A program made the translations under genes and the position numbers. The notes under the pieces were generated by a model. The model had not been told where the DNA came from and did no database searches. It worked only from the letters and a program-made list of their open reading frames with translations. From an uncultured Clostridia bacterium (GTDB lineage Bacteria > Bacillota > Clostridia > Christensenellales > UBA3700): a stretch of 64,000 nucleotides of DNA. This document shows, piece after piece, positions 6,992 through 15,506 of the stretch; position 1 is the first letter of the stretch; each line of letters begins with the position of its first letter. Where the stretch lies: assembly GCA_947646415.1 (NCBI GenBank), contig CANSGN010000006.1:2431-66430 (forward strand), read 5' to 3'.

Positions 6992-7954
6992 TTAAGCCAA
7001 AGCGTAAATATCGGGTACTACGTTCATTATCAATGCCATTAATGGCAAGGTAACAACGCTTAAAATTGTACCTAGTAAAACTAAGTTTGCAGCTGTCTTT
7101 TGCCCCTTGCCAAGCATTTCGGCAAAATTTAATGTTATGCTTGCAACAGGTGCTGCTGCCAATATAAATAGCGATTGTCTAATGTAAAAATCTATAGGGA
7201 TAAACCAAATTAAAAGCAAACCAAGCATTGGCATTACAATTTGCTTTACTCCTACAATAGCGTATTGAAAAGGCGAACAAAACATTTCCTTTAATGTTAT
7301 TGTAGCAAGCCTCATACCTAAAATTATCATACATAAAGGAGTTGTCATCTTTCCTAGTAATTCCACACAAGTAAAAATTTCTTTAGGTAACGTTACATTG
7401 CAAATAAACAACGGCAAGCCTATAACAAGACCAAGCATTGCAGGATTGATAAATGCCTTTTTAGCGCTTATAAACTTTTTATCCCCGCTTATTAAATATG
7501 ATGCAAATGTCCAACCTATCAAATTAAGTCCCAATAAAAACATAACGGATAGTACCACTGCATTATTCCTAACAGCCTCCGGCATAATGGCTTGTAATAG
7601 GGGAACACCCATAAACCCACAGTTACCAAAAGCGGTAGCGACTGTTGCGACACGGTATTTTATATCTTTATCGTAATGCTTTTTCAAACAAAAATGAGCA
7701 ATCAAAATAACACCTAGCTGCAAAACACCTGCAAGCACAAAAGCGACAATCATCTTCCAAAAGAAATCCAATGTATAAGTCGCATTTAAAAACGATGTAA
7801 TAGTTAGCATAGGTTGACAAACATACATTAACAAAACCGAAAAGGCGGATATGCTTTCCGCACGAATTAGCTTGCATCTGACTGTCAGGTAACCCGGAAC
7901 AGCGTAGGCAAGCATTGTTGCGACGGCTATTGCCGTAGTGATTAAAACTTGCAT
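6992..7954 (-). CDS. AEC (auxin efflux carrier / malate permease-like) family transporter
   Basis: 320 aa, about 10 hydrophobic helices. N-terminus MQVLITTAIAVATMLAYAVPGYL and the overall layout are typical of AEC permeases. GGGAGG RBS. Confidence 0.7.
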   Translation of the reverse strand: MQVLITTAIAVATMLAYAVPGYLTVRCKLIRAESISAFSVLLMYVCQPMLTITSFLNATYTLDFFWKMIVAFVLAGVLQLGVILIAHFCLKKHYDKDIKYRVATVATAFGNCGFMGVPLLQAIMPEAVRNNAVVLSVMFLLGLNLIGWTFASYLISGDKKFISAKKAFINPAMLGLVIGLPLFICNVTLPKEIFTCVELLGKMTTPLCMIILGMRLATITLKEMFCSPFQYAIVGVKQIVMPMLGLLLIWFIPIDFYIRQSLFILAAAPVASITLNFAEMLGKGQKTAANLVLLGTILSVVTLPLMALIMNVVPDIYALA

Positions 7955-8045
7955 ATTCCACCTCCCACCGCAATATTAAACTTTTTTAGCGAATTTTGCA
8001 AGCGTTTTGATACTAAATTTTATTATTTTTCTACAAAATTTGCTA

Positions 8046-8084
8046 AAATAAAAAAACAGGACAGCCTTTATGCAAACTATCCCG
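8046..8084 (-). terminator. terminator after the thiD-thiC-HAD operon
   Basis: Minus strand GGATAG-loop-CTGTCC hairpin followed by TGTTTTTTTATTTT. Confidence 0.5.
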
Positions 8085-8110
8085 TTTAATTTAACATATT
8101 TAGCACTTTA

Positions 8111-8761
8111 TTATATTAGTTCGCCAAAATCATCTATAAACATATCCGCAACGCTTTTAATTTGGTTTTGGTCGCCTTTTGACTCCTCGTCAAACACACC
8201 TACTACATAAAATCCGCCTTTTTTCGCTCCGTTAACGCCTTGCAAAATATCCTCAAATACCACACAATCGCGTGGCTCAACTTGAGTATGACTTATTGCC
8301 TTTAAGTAAATATCGGGAAAGCCTTTTCCTCTTTTTACTTGTTCGCTGTTTACAACTGTGGCAAAATATTGCAAAATACCATTTCGTTGCAATGCAGGCA
8401 ACGCCAATTCCTTACTTAAAGAAGTTGCAACCGACATTCCTATATTTTGCGACTTTAGCCTTTCCAAAAACTCTTGCACATGTGGTTTTAACATAATTTT
8501 ATTGCAATAGGCTTGCTTTGCCATATCAAGCCATTCGGAAATAAGCTCTTGCGGGCTGTCCTTCAAATTAAATCTTTTAATGGAATACAATGCCGTATCC
8601 ATAATGCTCATGTGGTTTATACACTTCATATAATCGTCTGGAACTTGTACACTGCGTTTTGAAAGATAGTCATAATCGATTTGCTTCCATAGCCACATAG
8701 AGTCAAACATAGTGCCGTCCAAATCAAAAACAGCGTACTTTATATTGCTTGGTAAATTCAT
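8111..8761 (-). CDS. HAD-superfamily hydrolase (beta-phosphoglucomutase-like subfamily IA)
   Basis: Motif [11 protein letters not shown] at the N-terminus; later [13 protein letters not shown] and [15 protein letters not shown] motifs. Start overlaps the thiC stop by 4 nt. Confidence 0.8.
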   Translation of the reverse strand: MNLPSNIKYAVFDLDGTMFDSMWLWKQIDYDYLSKRSVQVPDDYMKCINHMSIMDTALYSIKRFNLKDSPQELISEWLDMAKQAYCNKIMLKPHVQEFLERLKSQNIGMSVATSLSKELALPALQRNGILQYFATVVNSEQVKRGKGFPDIYLKAISHTQVEPRDCVVFEDILQGVNGAKKGGFYVVGVFDEESKGDQNQIKSVADMFIDDFGELI

Positions 8762-10074
8762 TTATTTTCCTCTTTAAGTTTAACTTTTTGTCCGTCCAAA
8801 ATCATATTTGTTGTTCGTATAGCACACATTTTGCCGCACATTGAACAAGTATGTCTGTTTTTAGGCGGCACACTTTCGTAATATGCCCTCGCCTTATCCG
8901 GGTCGATTGCATATTTAAACATTTCCTCATAATCAACTTTGTGACGGGCATCCGACATTTTGTTGTCAACCTCGCGGGCATAAGGTATGCATTTTGCAAT
9001 ATCCGCTGCATGTGCTGCGATTTTAGTTGCAATCAATCCCTCGCGAACATCGTCTGCGTTAGGCAATCTCAAATGCTCTGCAGGCGTTACATAACACAAA
9101 AAGTCAGCGCCGTTGGTTGCTGCTATAGCCCCGCCAATAGCAGAAGTTATATGGTCATAACCGGGTGCAACATCGGTAACTAGCGGTCCCAACACATAAA
9201 AAGGTGCATTGTGGCACAACTTTTTTTCCATTTGCATATTACTTGCAATTTCATTTAATGCCATGTGTCCCGGTCCCTCTATCATTACCTGCACGTCTTT
9301 TTCCCATGCCCTTTTTGTAAGATAGCCAAGTTCGATAAGCTCTCCTATTTGACCGCTATCAGTACTATCGTCAATACAACCCGGTCTCATAGCATCGCCC
9401 AAGCTTATTGTCACATCGTATTCCCTTAAAATGTCCAGCACTTCGTCGTAGTATTCGAAAAAAGGATTTTCCCTACCTGTCATTTGCATCCAAGCAAACA
9501 AAAGCGAGCCACCCCTAGATACTATGTTCATACGTCTACCCTCACGCATAAAACCTTCCACTACTCTGCGGTTAATACCTGCGTGGATTGTCACAAAGTC
9601 TACACCTTGATGTGCATGAGCCCTTACAACTTGCAAAAAATCTTGTGCGGTAATATCAAGCAAATCTTTTTCCAAATATCCGATAGCATCATACATAGGC
9701 ACTGTGCCTATCATTGCAGTGGACTTTTGTATAAGCTTTTCACGAAACACATTTGTCTTGCCACAGTTGGACAAATCCATAATGCCCTCCGCACCATACT
9801 TTAAAGCTATATCTACTTTTTGCATTTCCAAGTCATAATCGTAAAAGTCCCCCGACACACCAAGATTAACATTTACTTTGGTCCTAAGTCCGCTACCTAT
9901 CCCCTCGGGAGATAAACTTTTGTGATTGATATTGCAAGGTATTGCAATTTCCCCACAAGCAACCTTTTGCATAATAAACTGTGGAGATAATCTTTCTTTT
10001 TCCGCAACGACTTTCATCTCGGGTGTTATAATCCCCTTTTTAGCCGCTTGCATTTGTGTATAATATTCTCTCAT
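8758..10074 (-). CDS. thiC: phosphomethylpyrimidine synthase
   Basis: 438 aa. Conserved ThiC blocks ([38 protein letters not shown]) and C-terminal CSMCGKMC cluster. Confidence 0.95.
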   Translation of the reverse strand: MREYYTQMQAAKKGIITPEMKVVAEKERLSPQFIMQKVACGEIAIPCNINHKSLSPEGIGSGLRTKVNVNLGVSGDFYDYDLEMQKVDIALKYGAEGIMDLSNCGKTNVFREKLIQKSTAMIGTVPMYDAIGYLEKDLLDITAQDFLQVVRAHAHQGVDFVTIHAGINRRVVEGFMREGRRMNIVSRGGSLLFAWMQMTGRENPFFEYYDEVLDILREYDVTISLGDAMRPGCIDDSTDSGQIGELIELGYLTKRAWEKDVQVMIEGPGHMALNEIASNMQMEKKLCHNAPFYVLGPLVTDVAPGYDHITSAIGGAIAATNGADFLCYVTPAEHLRLPNADDVREGLIATKIAAHAADIAKCIPYAREVDNKMSDARHKVDYEEMFKYAIDPDKARAYYESVPPKNRHTCSMCGKMCAIRTTNMILDGQKVKLKEENK

Positions 10075-10193
10075 ACAAACTCCGATAACATAATTTTTAA
10101 CTTTTTTGGTTTTAAAGTAATTTTTATTTTAATATTGCAGTTTTATATCGCTTTTGGCATCCAAAAGCCAAATTAATGCCGATTTTTGATAGT

Positions 10194-10979
10194 TTATTCA
10201 AAAAATTTCCAAAAATGATTGGTAGGGCCATTACCCTTACCAAGTTCCAACGAGTGTTTTATAGCCCCCGTTACATAATCTTTTGCCAAGCGTACACTGT
10301 CATAAATATTGTGTCCCAAAGCCAAGTTGCTTGCAATACTGCTGGATAGCGTGCAACCCGTACCGTGAGTATTTTTTGTGTTTATACGCTCAGTCACAAA
10401 AGTGTAAAACTCCTTTCCGTCAAACAAAATATCCATTGCTTCGCCGTCGTAGTGTCCGCCTTTTACAAGCACATTCTGTACTCCTAAAGCGTGTATTTTT
10501 TTGCACGCTTGCATCATATCCTGTCTGCTTTTTATTTTCATACCCGCAATACACTCTGCCTCAGGGATATTAGGAGTAATAATGGTTGCAATGGGTACAA
10601 TGGTGTTTAAAAGCACCTCAATACTGCTCTCGGGCATAAGCGGCGCACCGTTTTTGGCATACATTACAGGGTCAACCACAATATTTTTAGGTTTATATTG
10701 CATAAGTTTATCGTATACGGCATTAATCGTTTTAGGACAGGACAGCATACCTATTTTTACACTGTCTACCCTAATATCCTCAAAGACCGCCGTCATTTGG
10801 TCGCAGATAATATTGGGCTCGATATCCTGAATGGATATAACTCGTGCGGTATTTTCCGCAACTACAGCAACAATAACACTCATGCCGAACACCCCGTGTG
10901 CAGACATGGTTTTTAAATCCGCTTGAACACCTGCCCCGCCACTACAATCGGAGCCCGCTATTGTCAAAGCCGTACGCAT
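10194..10979 (-). CDS. thiD: hydroxymethylpyrimidine/phosphomethylpyrimidine kinase
   Basis: MRTALTIAGSDCSGGAGVQADLKT..., VKGGH, THGTGCTLSS. Start set at the ATG 7 nt after AGGAG rather than the upstream GTG at 10985. Confidence 0.93.
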   Translation of the reverse strand: MRTALTIAGSDCSGGAGVQADLKTMSAHGVFGMSVIVAVVAENTARVISIQDIEPNIICDQMTAVFEDIRVDSVKIGMLSCPKTINAVYDKLMQYKPKNIVVDPVMYAKNGAPLMPESSIEVLLNTIVPIATIITPNIPEAECIAGMKIKSRQDMMQACKKIHALGVQNVLVKGGHYDGEAMDILFDGKEFYTFVTERINTKNTHGTGCTLSSSIASNLALGHNIYDSVRLAKDYVTGAIKHSLELGKGNGPTNHFWKFFE

Positions 10980-10991
10980 AAACACTCTCCT

Positions 10992-11019
10992 AAAAAAACA
11001 ACCTCCTATACGGAGGTCA
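10992..11019 (-). terminator. expression-platform terminator of the TPP riboswitch
   Basis: Minus strand GACCTCCG-TATA-GGAGGTT followed by GTTTTTTT, immediately before the thiD RBS. Confidence 0.8.
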
Positions 11020-11032
11020 AAATAACTATTAT

Positions 11033-11115
11033 TTTGCTCCCTACGCTGGTATTAACCATCAGGTTCAAAGGGTTAGGCAAATGCCCTCTCAACTTAAAAA
11101 AGTACCCCTGCTTTA
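11033..11115 (-). promoter_or_regulatory. TPP (THI-box) riboswitch aptamer
   Basis: Minus strand CAGGGGTAC..GTTGAGAGG..CTAACCCTTTGAACCTGATGGTTAATACCAGCGTAGGGAGC matches the THI-box core (GGGG..CUGAGA-like..ACCCUUUGAACCUGAU..UAAUACCAGCGUAGGGA). Confidence 0.9.
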
Positions 11116-11117
11116 AT

Positions 11118-11146
11118 AGTATACAACATTTTTATTAAATTGTAAA
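11118..11146 (-). promoter_or_regulatory. promoter of the TPP-riboswitch/thiD operon (TTTACA-17-TATACT)
   Basis: Hexamers at 11146-11141 and 11123-11118, directly upstream of the aptamer. Confidence 0.6.
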
Positions 11147-11176
11147 GATATTTTTTGTCATACAAATCGATTACTA

Positions 11177-11728
11177 TCAAAAAGTAAAATTCATTGCACT
11201 GCTCATTATCGCAAAATCTTGCGCTCCACTTTGCAGTACGCTCACATAGTTAGTTGATTTTATTCCGCCGATAGCAATAACAGGTAAAGTCGTTGCGTCG
11301 CAAATTTCTTTCAATTTCGCAAGCCCTCTAGGTGGCAAATCTTGCTTGCAAGCTGTCTCAAAAATATGTCCGTAAACAAGCCTTGTCGCACCTTGTTCTT
11401 TAGCAAGTTTTGCCTCTTCAACGCTGTGCACCGAAACACTTATATTGTCAAAATAGTTTTTAGTATCGATTTTCGATAGTTCTTTTATGCTTACATGCAA
11501 GTTTTTTGCACCTAAAAGCTTAGCAACTTTTATATTGTGGCAAACGTAAAAATCCACGCCGATTTTATCGCAAACGGGTTTTATTTGCCTTGCCAAGGAC
11601 AAATAATCATTGTCGCTTAGACCTTTTTCCCGCAAATAAATCGCTTGGGGATGATATAATGTGAAACACTTTGCAAGCACCTCGCCCTCACTCATTTGTG
11701 CATTTTTAAAATCTGTAAATATTATCAT
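11177..11728 (-). CDS. tenI: ThiE/TenI-family protein (short; likely thiazole tautomerase TenI-like)
   Basis: 183 aa TIM-barrel ThiE-family pattern (YLREK, HVSIKEL, VIAIGGI, FAIMSSAMN). A second, full-length thiE is present at 14879-15505. Positioned after thiH as in thiSGH-tenI operons. Confidence 0.65.
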   Translation of the reverse strand: MIIFTDFKNAQMSEGEVLAKCFTLYHPQAIYLREKGLSDNDYLSLARQIKPVCDKIGVDFYVCHNIKVAKLLGAKNLHVSIKELSKIDTKNYFDNISVSVHSVEEAKLAKEQGATRLVYGHIFETACKQDLPPRGLAKLKEICDATTLPVIAIGGIKSTNYVSVLQSGAQDFAIMSSAMNFTF

Positions 11729-11736
11729 ATTACACC

Positions 11737-12894
11737 TTAAATCAAATATTGACTGTCGGTAAAAATAGGTTGCAAACCTTTATTCTCCAACATTTCGTTT
11801 ACTTCCTCAAGTCCGCGAGGGTCGGATATATCAAACTGTTCGTCTCCCTTTTCGTCTCCGTCATGACCGCCCACTCCTACTTTTGAGCCTGCAGATATTT
11901 TATTGCAAGCAAGTCCTACAACACCGTCTCTGAAAGAAGATTTTTCCCTAGTGGAAATATTGATAGTTGCATAAGGCATAAGCAATCTATATGCCAAAAT
12001 AACTTGCAACAACTGTCTTTCGTGCACGTCTTTAGGGTTATTTTGGCTGTTGTTTATATACGGTCTCATCCTCGGACAGCTAAAGCTAATCTCTGCATGA
12101 GGATATTTTTTTTGAATATAAAATGCGTGCGCACCAACAGCAAAAGCATCTTTACGCCAATCATCCAATCCCAACAAAGCCCCAAAACATACACCGCGCA
12201 TACCACCAATCAAAGCACGCTCTTGAGCATTAAACCTGTAAGGGAAAACCCTTTTTGCCCCGCGAAGATGCTGTTCGGCGTATTTTTGTTTGTTATATGT
12301 CTCTTGATAAACACTTACATAATCTGCACCCAAGCTGTTTAAATAAGCATACTCATCGCTGTTTAGAGGATAAATTTCTATACCTATAGTTGCAAAGTAT
12401 TTTTTTGCAATGGTTACAGCCTTACCGATATATTCGACACTAGATTTTTTTCTACTCTCTCCCGTAAGCAACAAAATTTCCTTAAAACCTTGCTTTGCTA
12501 TTGCTTTCAACTCGTTATCAATCTCTTGCTCGGTAAGCATTGCCCGATGGATTTTGTTCATACAATTAAAACCGCAGTAAACGCAATGACTTTCGCAATA
12601 ATTTGCAATATAAAGCGGAGTGTAAACACTGACACTGTTGCCGAAATGTTTAAAAGTTTCCTCTTTTGCACGGGCTGCCATTTGTTCTAAAAACTCTCCC
12701 GCAGCAGGCGATAACAATGCCGCATAATCACCCAAACTTAAACAATCTTTATCTAGGGCGGAAATCACGTTTTCCCTTGTGTAAATATTGTAATCGTAAT
12801 TATTGTACAAAGCATCCACTTTATTCATTATATCATGGCTTATGATTTGCATTCCGTCAAGATACTGCATAATATCTTTATTGACTTCCCTCAT
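11737..12894 (-). CDS. thiH: 2-iminoacetate synthase (radical SAM tyrosine lyase)
   Basis: 385 aa. CESHCVYCGF radical-SAM cluster motif. Position after thiG. Confidence 0.9.
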   Translation of the reverse strand: MREVNKDIMQYLDGMQIISHDIMNKVDALYNNYDYNIYTRENVISALDKDCLSLGDYAALLSPAAGEFLEQMAARAKEETFKHFGNSVSVYTPLYIANYCESHCVYCGFNCMNKIHRAMLTEQEIDNELKAIAKQGFKEILLLTGESRKKSSVEYIGKAVTIAKKYFATIGIEIYPLNSDEYAYLNSLGADYVSVYQETYNKQKYAEQHLRGAKRVFPYRFNAQERALIGGMRGVCFGALLGLDDWRKDAFAVGAHAFYIQKKYPHAEISFSCPRMRPYINNSQNNPKDVHERQLLQVILAYRLLMPYATINISTREKSSFRDGVVGLACNKISAGSKVGVGGHDGDEKGDEQFDISDPRGLEEVNEMLENKGLQPIFTDSQYLI

Positions 12895-13665
12895 TTAATC
12901 CTCCAAAAAACCTGTCAACGGACTTGATGCCTCTGCCTTGCTCTCAAGTACTCTTCCCAATCCTGCAAGATAAGCTTGTCTGCCTGCAATAACCGCGTTT
13001 TTAAAAGCTGCCGCCATTAAATCAACATTGCCTGCGGTAGCTATAGCTGTATTTGCCATAACCGCACTTACACCCATTTCCATTGCCTCTGCCGCCTCGG
13101 ATGGTCTGCCGATTCCCGCATCAACTATGATAGGCAAATCTATTTCGTCAAGCAAAATCTTTATAAAATCTTTTGTCCTTATACCCTTATTTGTACCAAT
13201 CGGGCTGCCAAGCGGCATTACCGCACTTGCTCCTGCAGAAACCAAAGCCCTTGCTGCATACAAATCGGGGTACATATACGGCATAACTATAAAGCCCTCA
13301 TTTGCCAATATCTCCGTCGCTTTTACCGTCTCGTTATTGTCGGGCAACAAATATTTGCTATCCCCTATTATTTCAAGCTTAACAAAATTTCCGCAACCTA
13401 CTTCCCTTGCAAGCCTTGCAATTCGCACTGCTTCCGCAGCAGTCCTTGCACCCGATGTGTTTGGCAAAAGTGTAATATTGTTTGGAATATAATCCAAAAT
13501 ATTATTTCCACCACCTATATTTGCACGACGAAGAGCAACAGTTACCATTTCGACCTCAGCGTTCTCGATAACCGATTTCATAAACTTAAGTGAAAATTTA
13601 CCCGACCCCAAAATAAATCGGGAATCAAACTCCTTACCGCCAATTCTTAGTTTGTCTTGTTGCAT
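12895..13665 (-). CDS. thiG: thiazole synthase
   Basis: 256 aa. [27 protein letters not shown] and [11 protein letters not shown] blocks. Confidence 0.95.
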   Translation of the reverse strand: MQQDKLRIGGKEFDSRFILGSGKFSLKFMKSVIENAEVEMVTVALRRANIGGGNNILDYIPNNITLLPNTSGARTAAEAVRIARLAREVGCGNFVKLEIIGDSKYLLPDNNETVKATEILANEGFIVMPYMYPDLYAARALVSAGASAVMPLGSPIGTNKGIRTKDFIKILLDEIDLPIIVDAGIGRPSEAAEAMEMGVSAVMANTAIATAGNVDLMAAAFKNAVIAGRQAYLAGLGRVLESKAEASSPLTGFLED

Positions 13666-13732
13666 ATCTATCTCCTTTTTATAATTAATACCGATTTTTA
13701 AACGTTTTTTGTACTTATTTTATGATATTTGT

Positions 13733-14521
13733 TCAACATTCCGTTTCCCCAAGTAATATTCTTATGACAGTGTTTGCTTGATGCCCTGCACAAATATTTA
13801 CCCTTGGCGATACCAAACTTACACCCTCTTTTGTTTCCGTTTCGCTGTCTCCGCAAAGATATAGTCTGTTTAAAACTTTGCTTGTTTTTATGGTATTTCC
13901 GCTACCTATACCCGCCATACCCGAGGCCGCTACAACAATTTTATCCGTGCTTTCAAGTATAGTATTTACCAATTCTGCTTTACATATAGGGTTGTCAAAA
14001 GCCTCTACAACAATATCAGCATTGTTTACAATCTCTACACAATTTTCGCTATTCAAATACATATCGTAAGTTACTGTATTTATAAACGGATTGATTTGTT
14101 TTAATAATCTTTGGGTCGCAAAAGTCTTTTTTAATCCTATGTCTTGCACAAAATAATTTTGCCTGTTAAGATTGGTTGGGTCAACAATATCAAAATCAAC
14201 CAAAATCAATTTTCCCACGCCTGCACGTGCAAGCATTGCCGCTATGTTAGAGCCTAATCCGCCAAGCCCGCAAATACACACACAAGCTTTATCCAACTTT
14301 TCCAAAAAAACTTGACCATTGCGTGCAAAAAGCATTTGCTTTAAATTATCCTCATTTGGCATTTGTCCTTTTTTGACAGCAACTATACTATCGCCGTCGC
14401 AAAGTTGGCTTTTGCTATCAATGCCGTATCCGTTACGTACAAAAATGTCATAATCTCCCAAATCGCAAGCTTTGGAACAGTCGTTTATTTCAATCGGCTT
14501 ACCGTTCAATATGATTTGCAT
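13733..14521 (-). CDS. thiF: ThiS adenylyltransferase with an N-terminal ThiS-like beta-grasp extension
   Basis: E1-like core CICGLGGLGSNIAAMLARAGVGKLILVDFDIVDPTNLNRQ. The first ~55 aa (MQIILNGKPIEI...LCDGDSIVAVKKG) mimic ThiS but lack the C-terminal GG. Confidence 0.88.
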   Translation of the reverse strand: MQIILNGKPIEINDCSKACDLGDYDIFVRNGYGIDSKSQLCDGDSIVAVKKGQMPNEDNLKQMLFARNGQVFLEKLDKACVCICGLGGLGSNIAAMLARAGVGKLILVDFDIVDPTNLNRQNYFVQDIGLKKTFATQRLLKQINPFINTVTYDMYLNSENCVEIVNNADIVVEAFDNPICKAELVNTILESTDKIVVAASGMAGIGSGNTIKTSKVLNRLYLCGDSETETKEGVSLVSPRVNICAGHQANTVIRILLGETEC

Positions 14522-14524
14522 AAA

Positions 14525-14719
14525 TCAACCTCCTCCGACAAAACTGACTATTTCCACACTATCCCCATCGTGCAAGCAAGTATTTTCAAAATCGCTCTTT
14601 TTAACGATTTTGCCATTTAGTTCTACCGCCACCACTTTGACATTGTATCCATAATTATTCAAATACTCCATCAAGCTTATGCTGTCCAAGTTTTTCAATT
14701 CTCCGTTTATTTTTATCAT
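14525..14719 (-). CDS. thiS: sulfur carrier protein ThiS
   Basis: MIKINGELKNL...HDGDSVEIVSFVGGG, with C-terminal GG. Start at ATG 14719 (AAGGAGAG 4 nt upstream) rather than the ORF-track 14749, which lies inside the leader terminator. Confidence 0.92.
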   Translation of the reverse strand: MIKINGELKNLDSISLMEYLNNYGYNVKVVAVELNGKIVKKSDFENTCLHDGDSVEIVSFVGGG

Positions 14720-14733
14720 AAACTCTCCTTTTA

Positions 14734-14800
14734 CACAAAAAACGGGCATACAAACGAATACGCCCTTTCGGTGGTGTACCCCATTTATATGCCTTGTTTG
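14734..14800 (-). promoter_or_regulatory. candidate HMP-PP (thiS-motif) riboswitch: short leader with terminator-embedded structure
   Basis: Leader AAGGCAUAUAAAUGGGGUACACCACCGAAAGGGCGUAUUCGUUUGUAUGCCCGUUUUUUGUG. GGGCGUA/UAUGCCC plus U6 forms a terminator, and upstream GGCAUA can alternatively pair with UAUGCC. No THI-box signature. Located directly upstream of thiS. Confidence 0.55.
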
Positions 14801-14807
14801 TATTTAA

Positions 14808-14836
14808 ATTTTATCACTTTTAACATTGTATGTCAA
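14808..14836 (-). promoter_or_regulatory. promoter of the thiS operon (TTGACA-17-TAAAAT with TGn extension)
   Basis: Minus strand TTGACATACAATGTTAAAAGTGATAAAAT. Confidence 0.75.
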
Positions 14837-14878
14837 TACATAAAACGCAATTTAGCGTGATAAATGCTTATTTTTTTG

Positions 14879-15505
14879 TCACACTATTTGTTTTAGTTTG
14901 CAAACAAAATCTTTTGTAGTACTATCAATATCCTGCGCTTTTAGTATTGCGGATACAACTGCCACCCCCGCAATACCACAACCTTTTAGCTCTGACACAT
15001 TATCCGCAGTAATTCCGCCTATTGCGACAACGGGGATATTTACGATATTTGCAATTTCCTTTAAAATATCCCTGGATATAGCTTTTGCATCCGACTTAGT
15101 CATTGTACCAAAAACTGCACCTACACCCAAATAATCAGCTCCCGCATTTTGTGCAAGCAATGCAGTTTTTACCTCTCTGCTTGATGCTCCGATAATCTTA
15201 TCATTTCCAAGTATCATACGTGCTTTTGCAATATCGCAATCGCTACTACCCAAATGTACTCCGTCCGCATCTACAGCCAAGCAAACATCTATATTGTCAT
15301 TTATAATTAGCGGAATATTGTATTTATCGCAAATTTTTTTCATAATCAAAGCTTTGTCACAAAATTCTTTAAACTCCGCTTGTTTTTCCCTAAGTTGTAC
15401 TATTGTCACACCTGCTTTTATTGCAGTCTCCACAACACTTTCCAAATGCTCGCCGCACATATTCCTATCGGTAACCAAGTACAACATCAAATCATTTCTA
15501 TTCAT
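14879..15505 (-). CDS. thiE: thiamine-phosphate synthase
   Basis: 208 aa. LYLVTDR, IVQLREK, GVHLG, YLGVGAVFGT.TK and VVAIGGI blocks. Confidence 0.93.
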   Translation of the reverse strand: MNRNDLMLYLVTDRNMCGEHLESVVETAIKAGVTIVQLREKQAEFKEFCDKALIMKKICDKYNIPLIINDNIDVCLAVDADGVHLGSSDCDIAKARMILGNDKIIGASSREVKTALLAQNAGADYLGVGAVFGTMTKSDAKAISRDILKEIANIVNIPVVAIGGITADNVSELKGCGIAGVAVVSAILKAQDIDSTTKDFVCKLKQIV

Positions 15506-15506
15506 T

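Noticed and set aside
14720-14749. ORF-track N-terminal extensions: thiS to 14749, rsmA to 19394, metG to 22735, gene 2 to 6575, the lipoproteins to 17445 and 18345, ACT to 26104, rpsD to 38598, infA to 40045, rplD to 51424, thiD to 10985.
   Set aside because: In each case an internal ATG is preceded at 4-8 nt by a GGAG-type SD and yields the canonical family N-terminus. The extensions run through leaders, terminators or the upstream gene.
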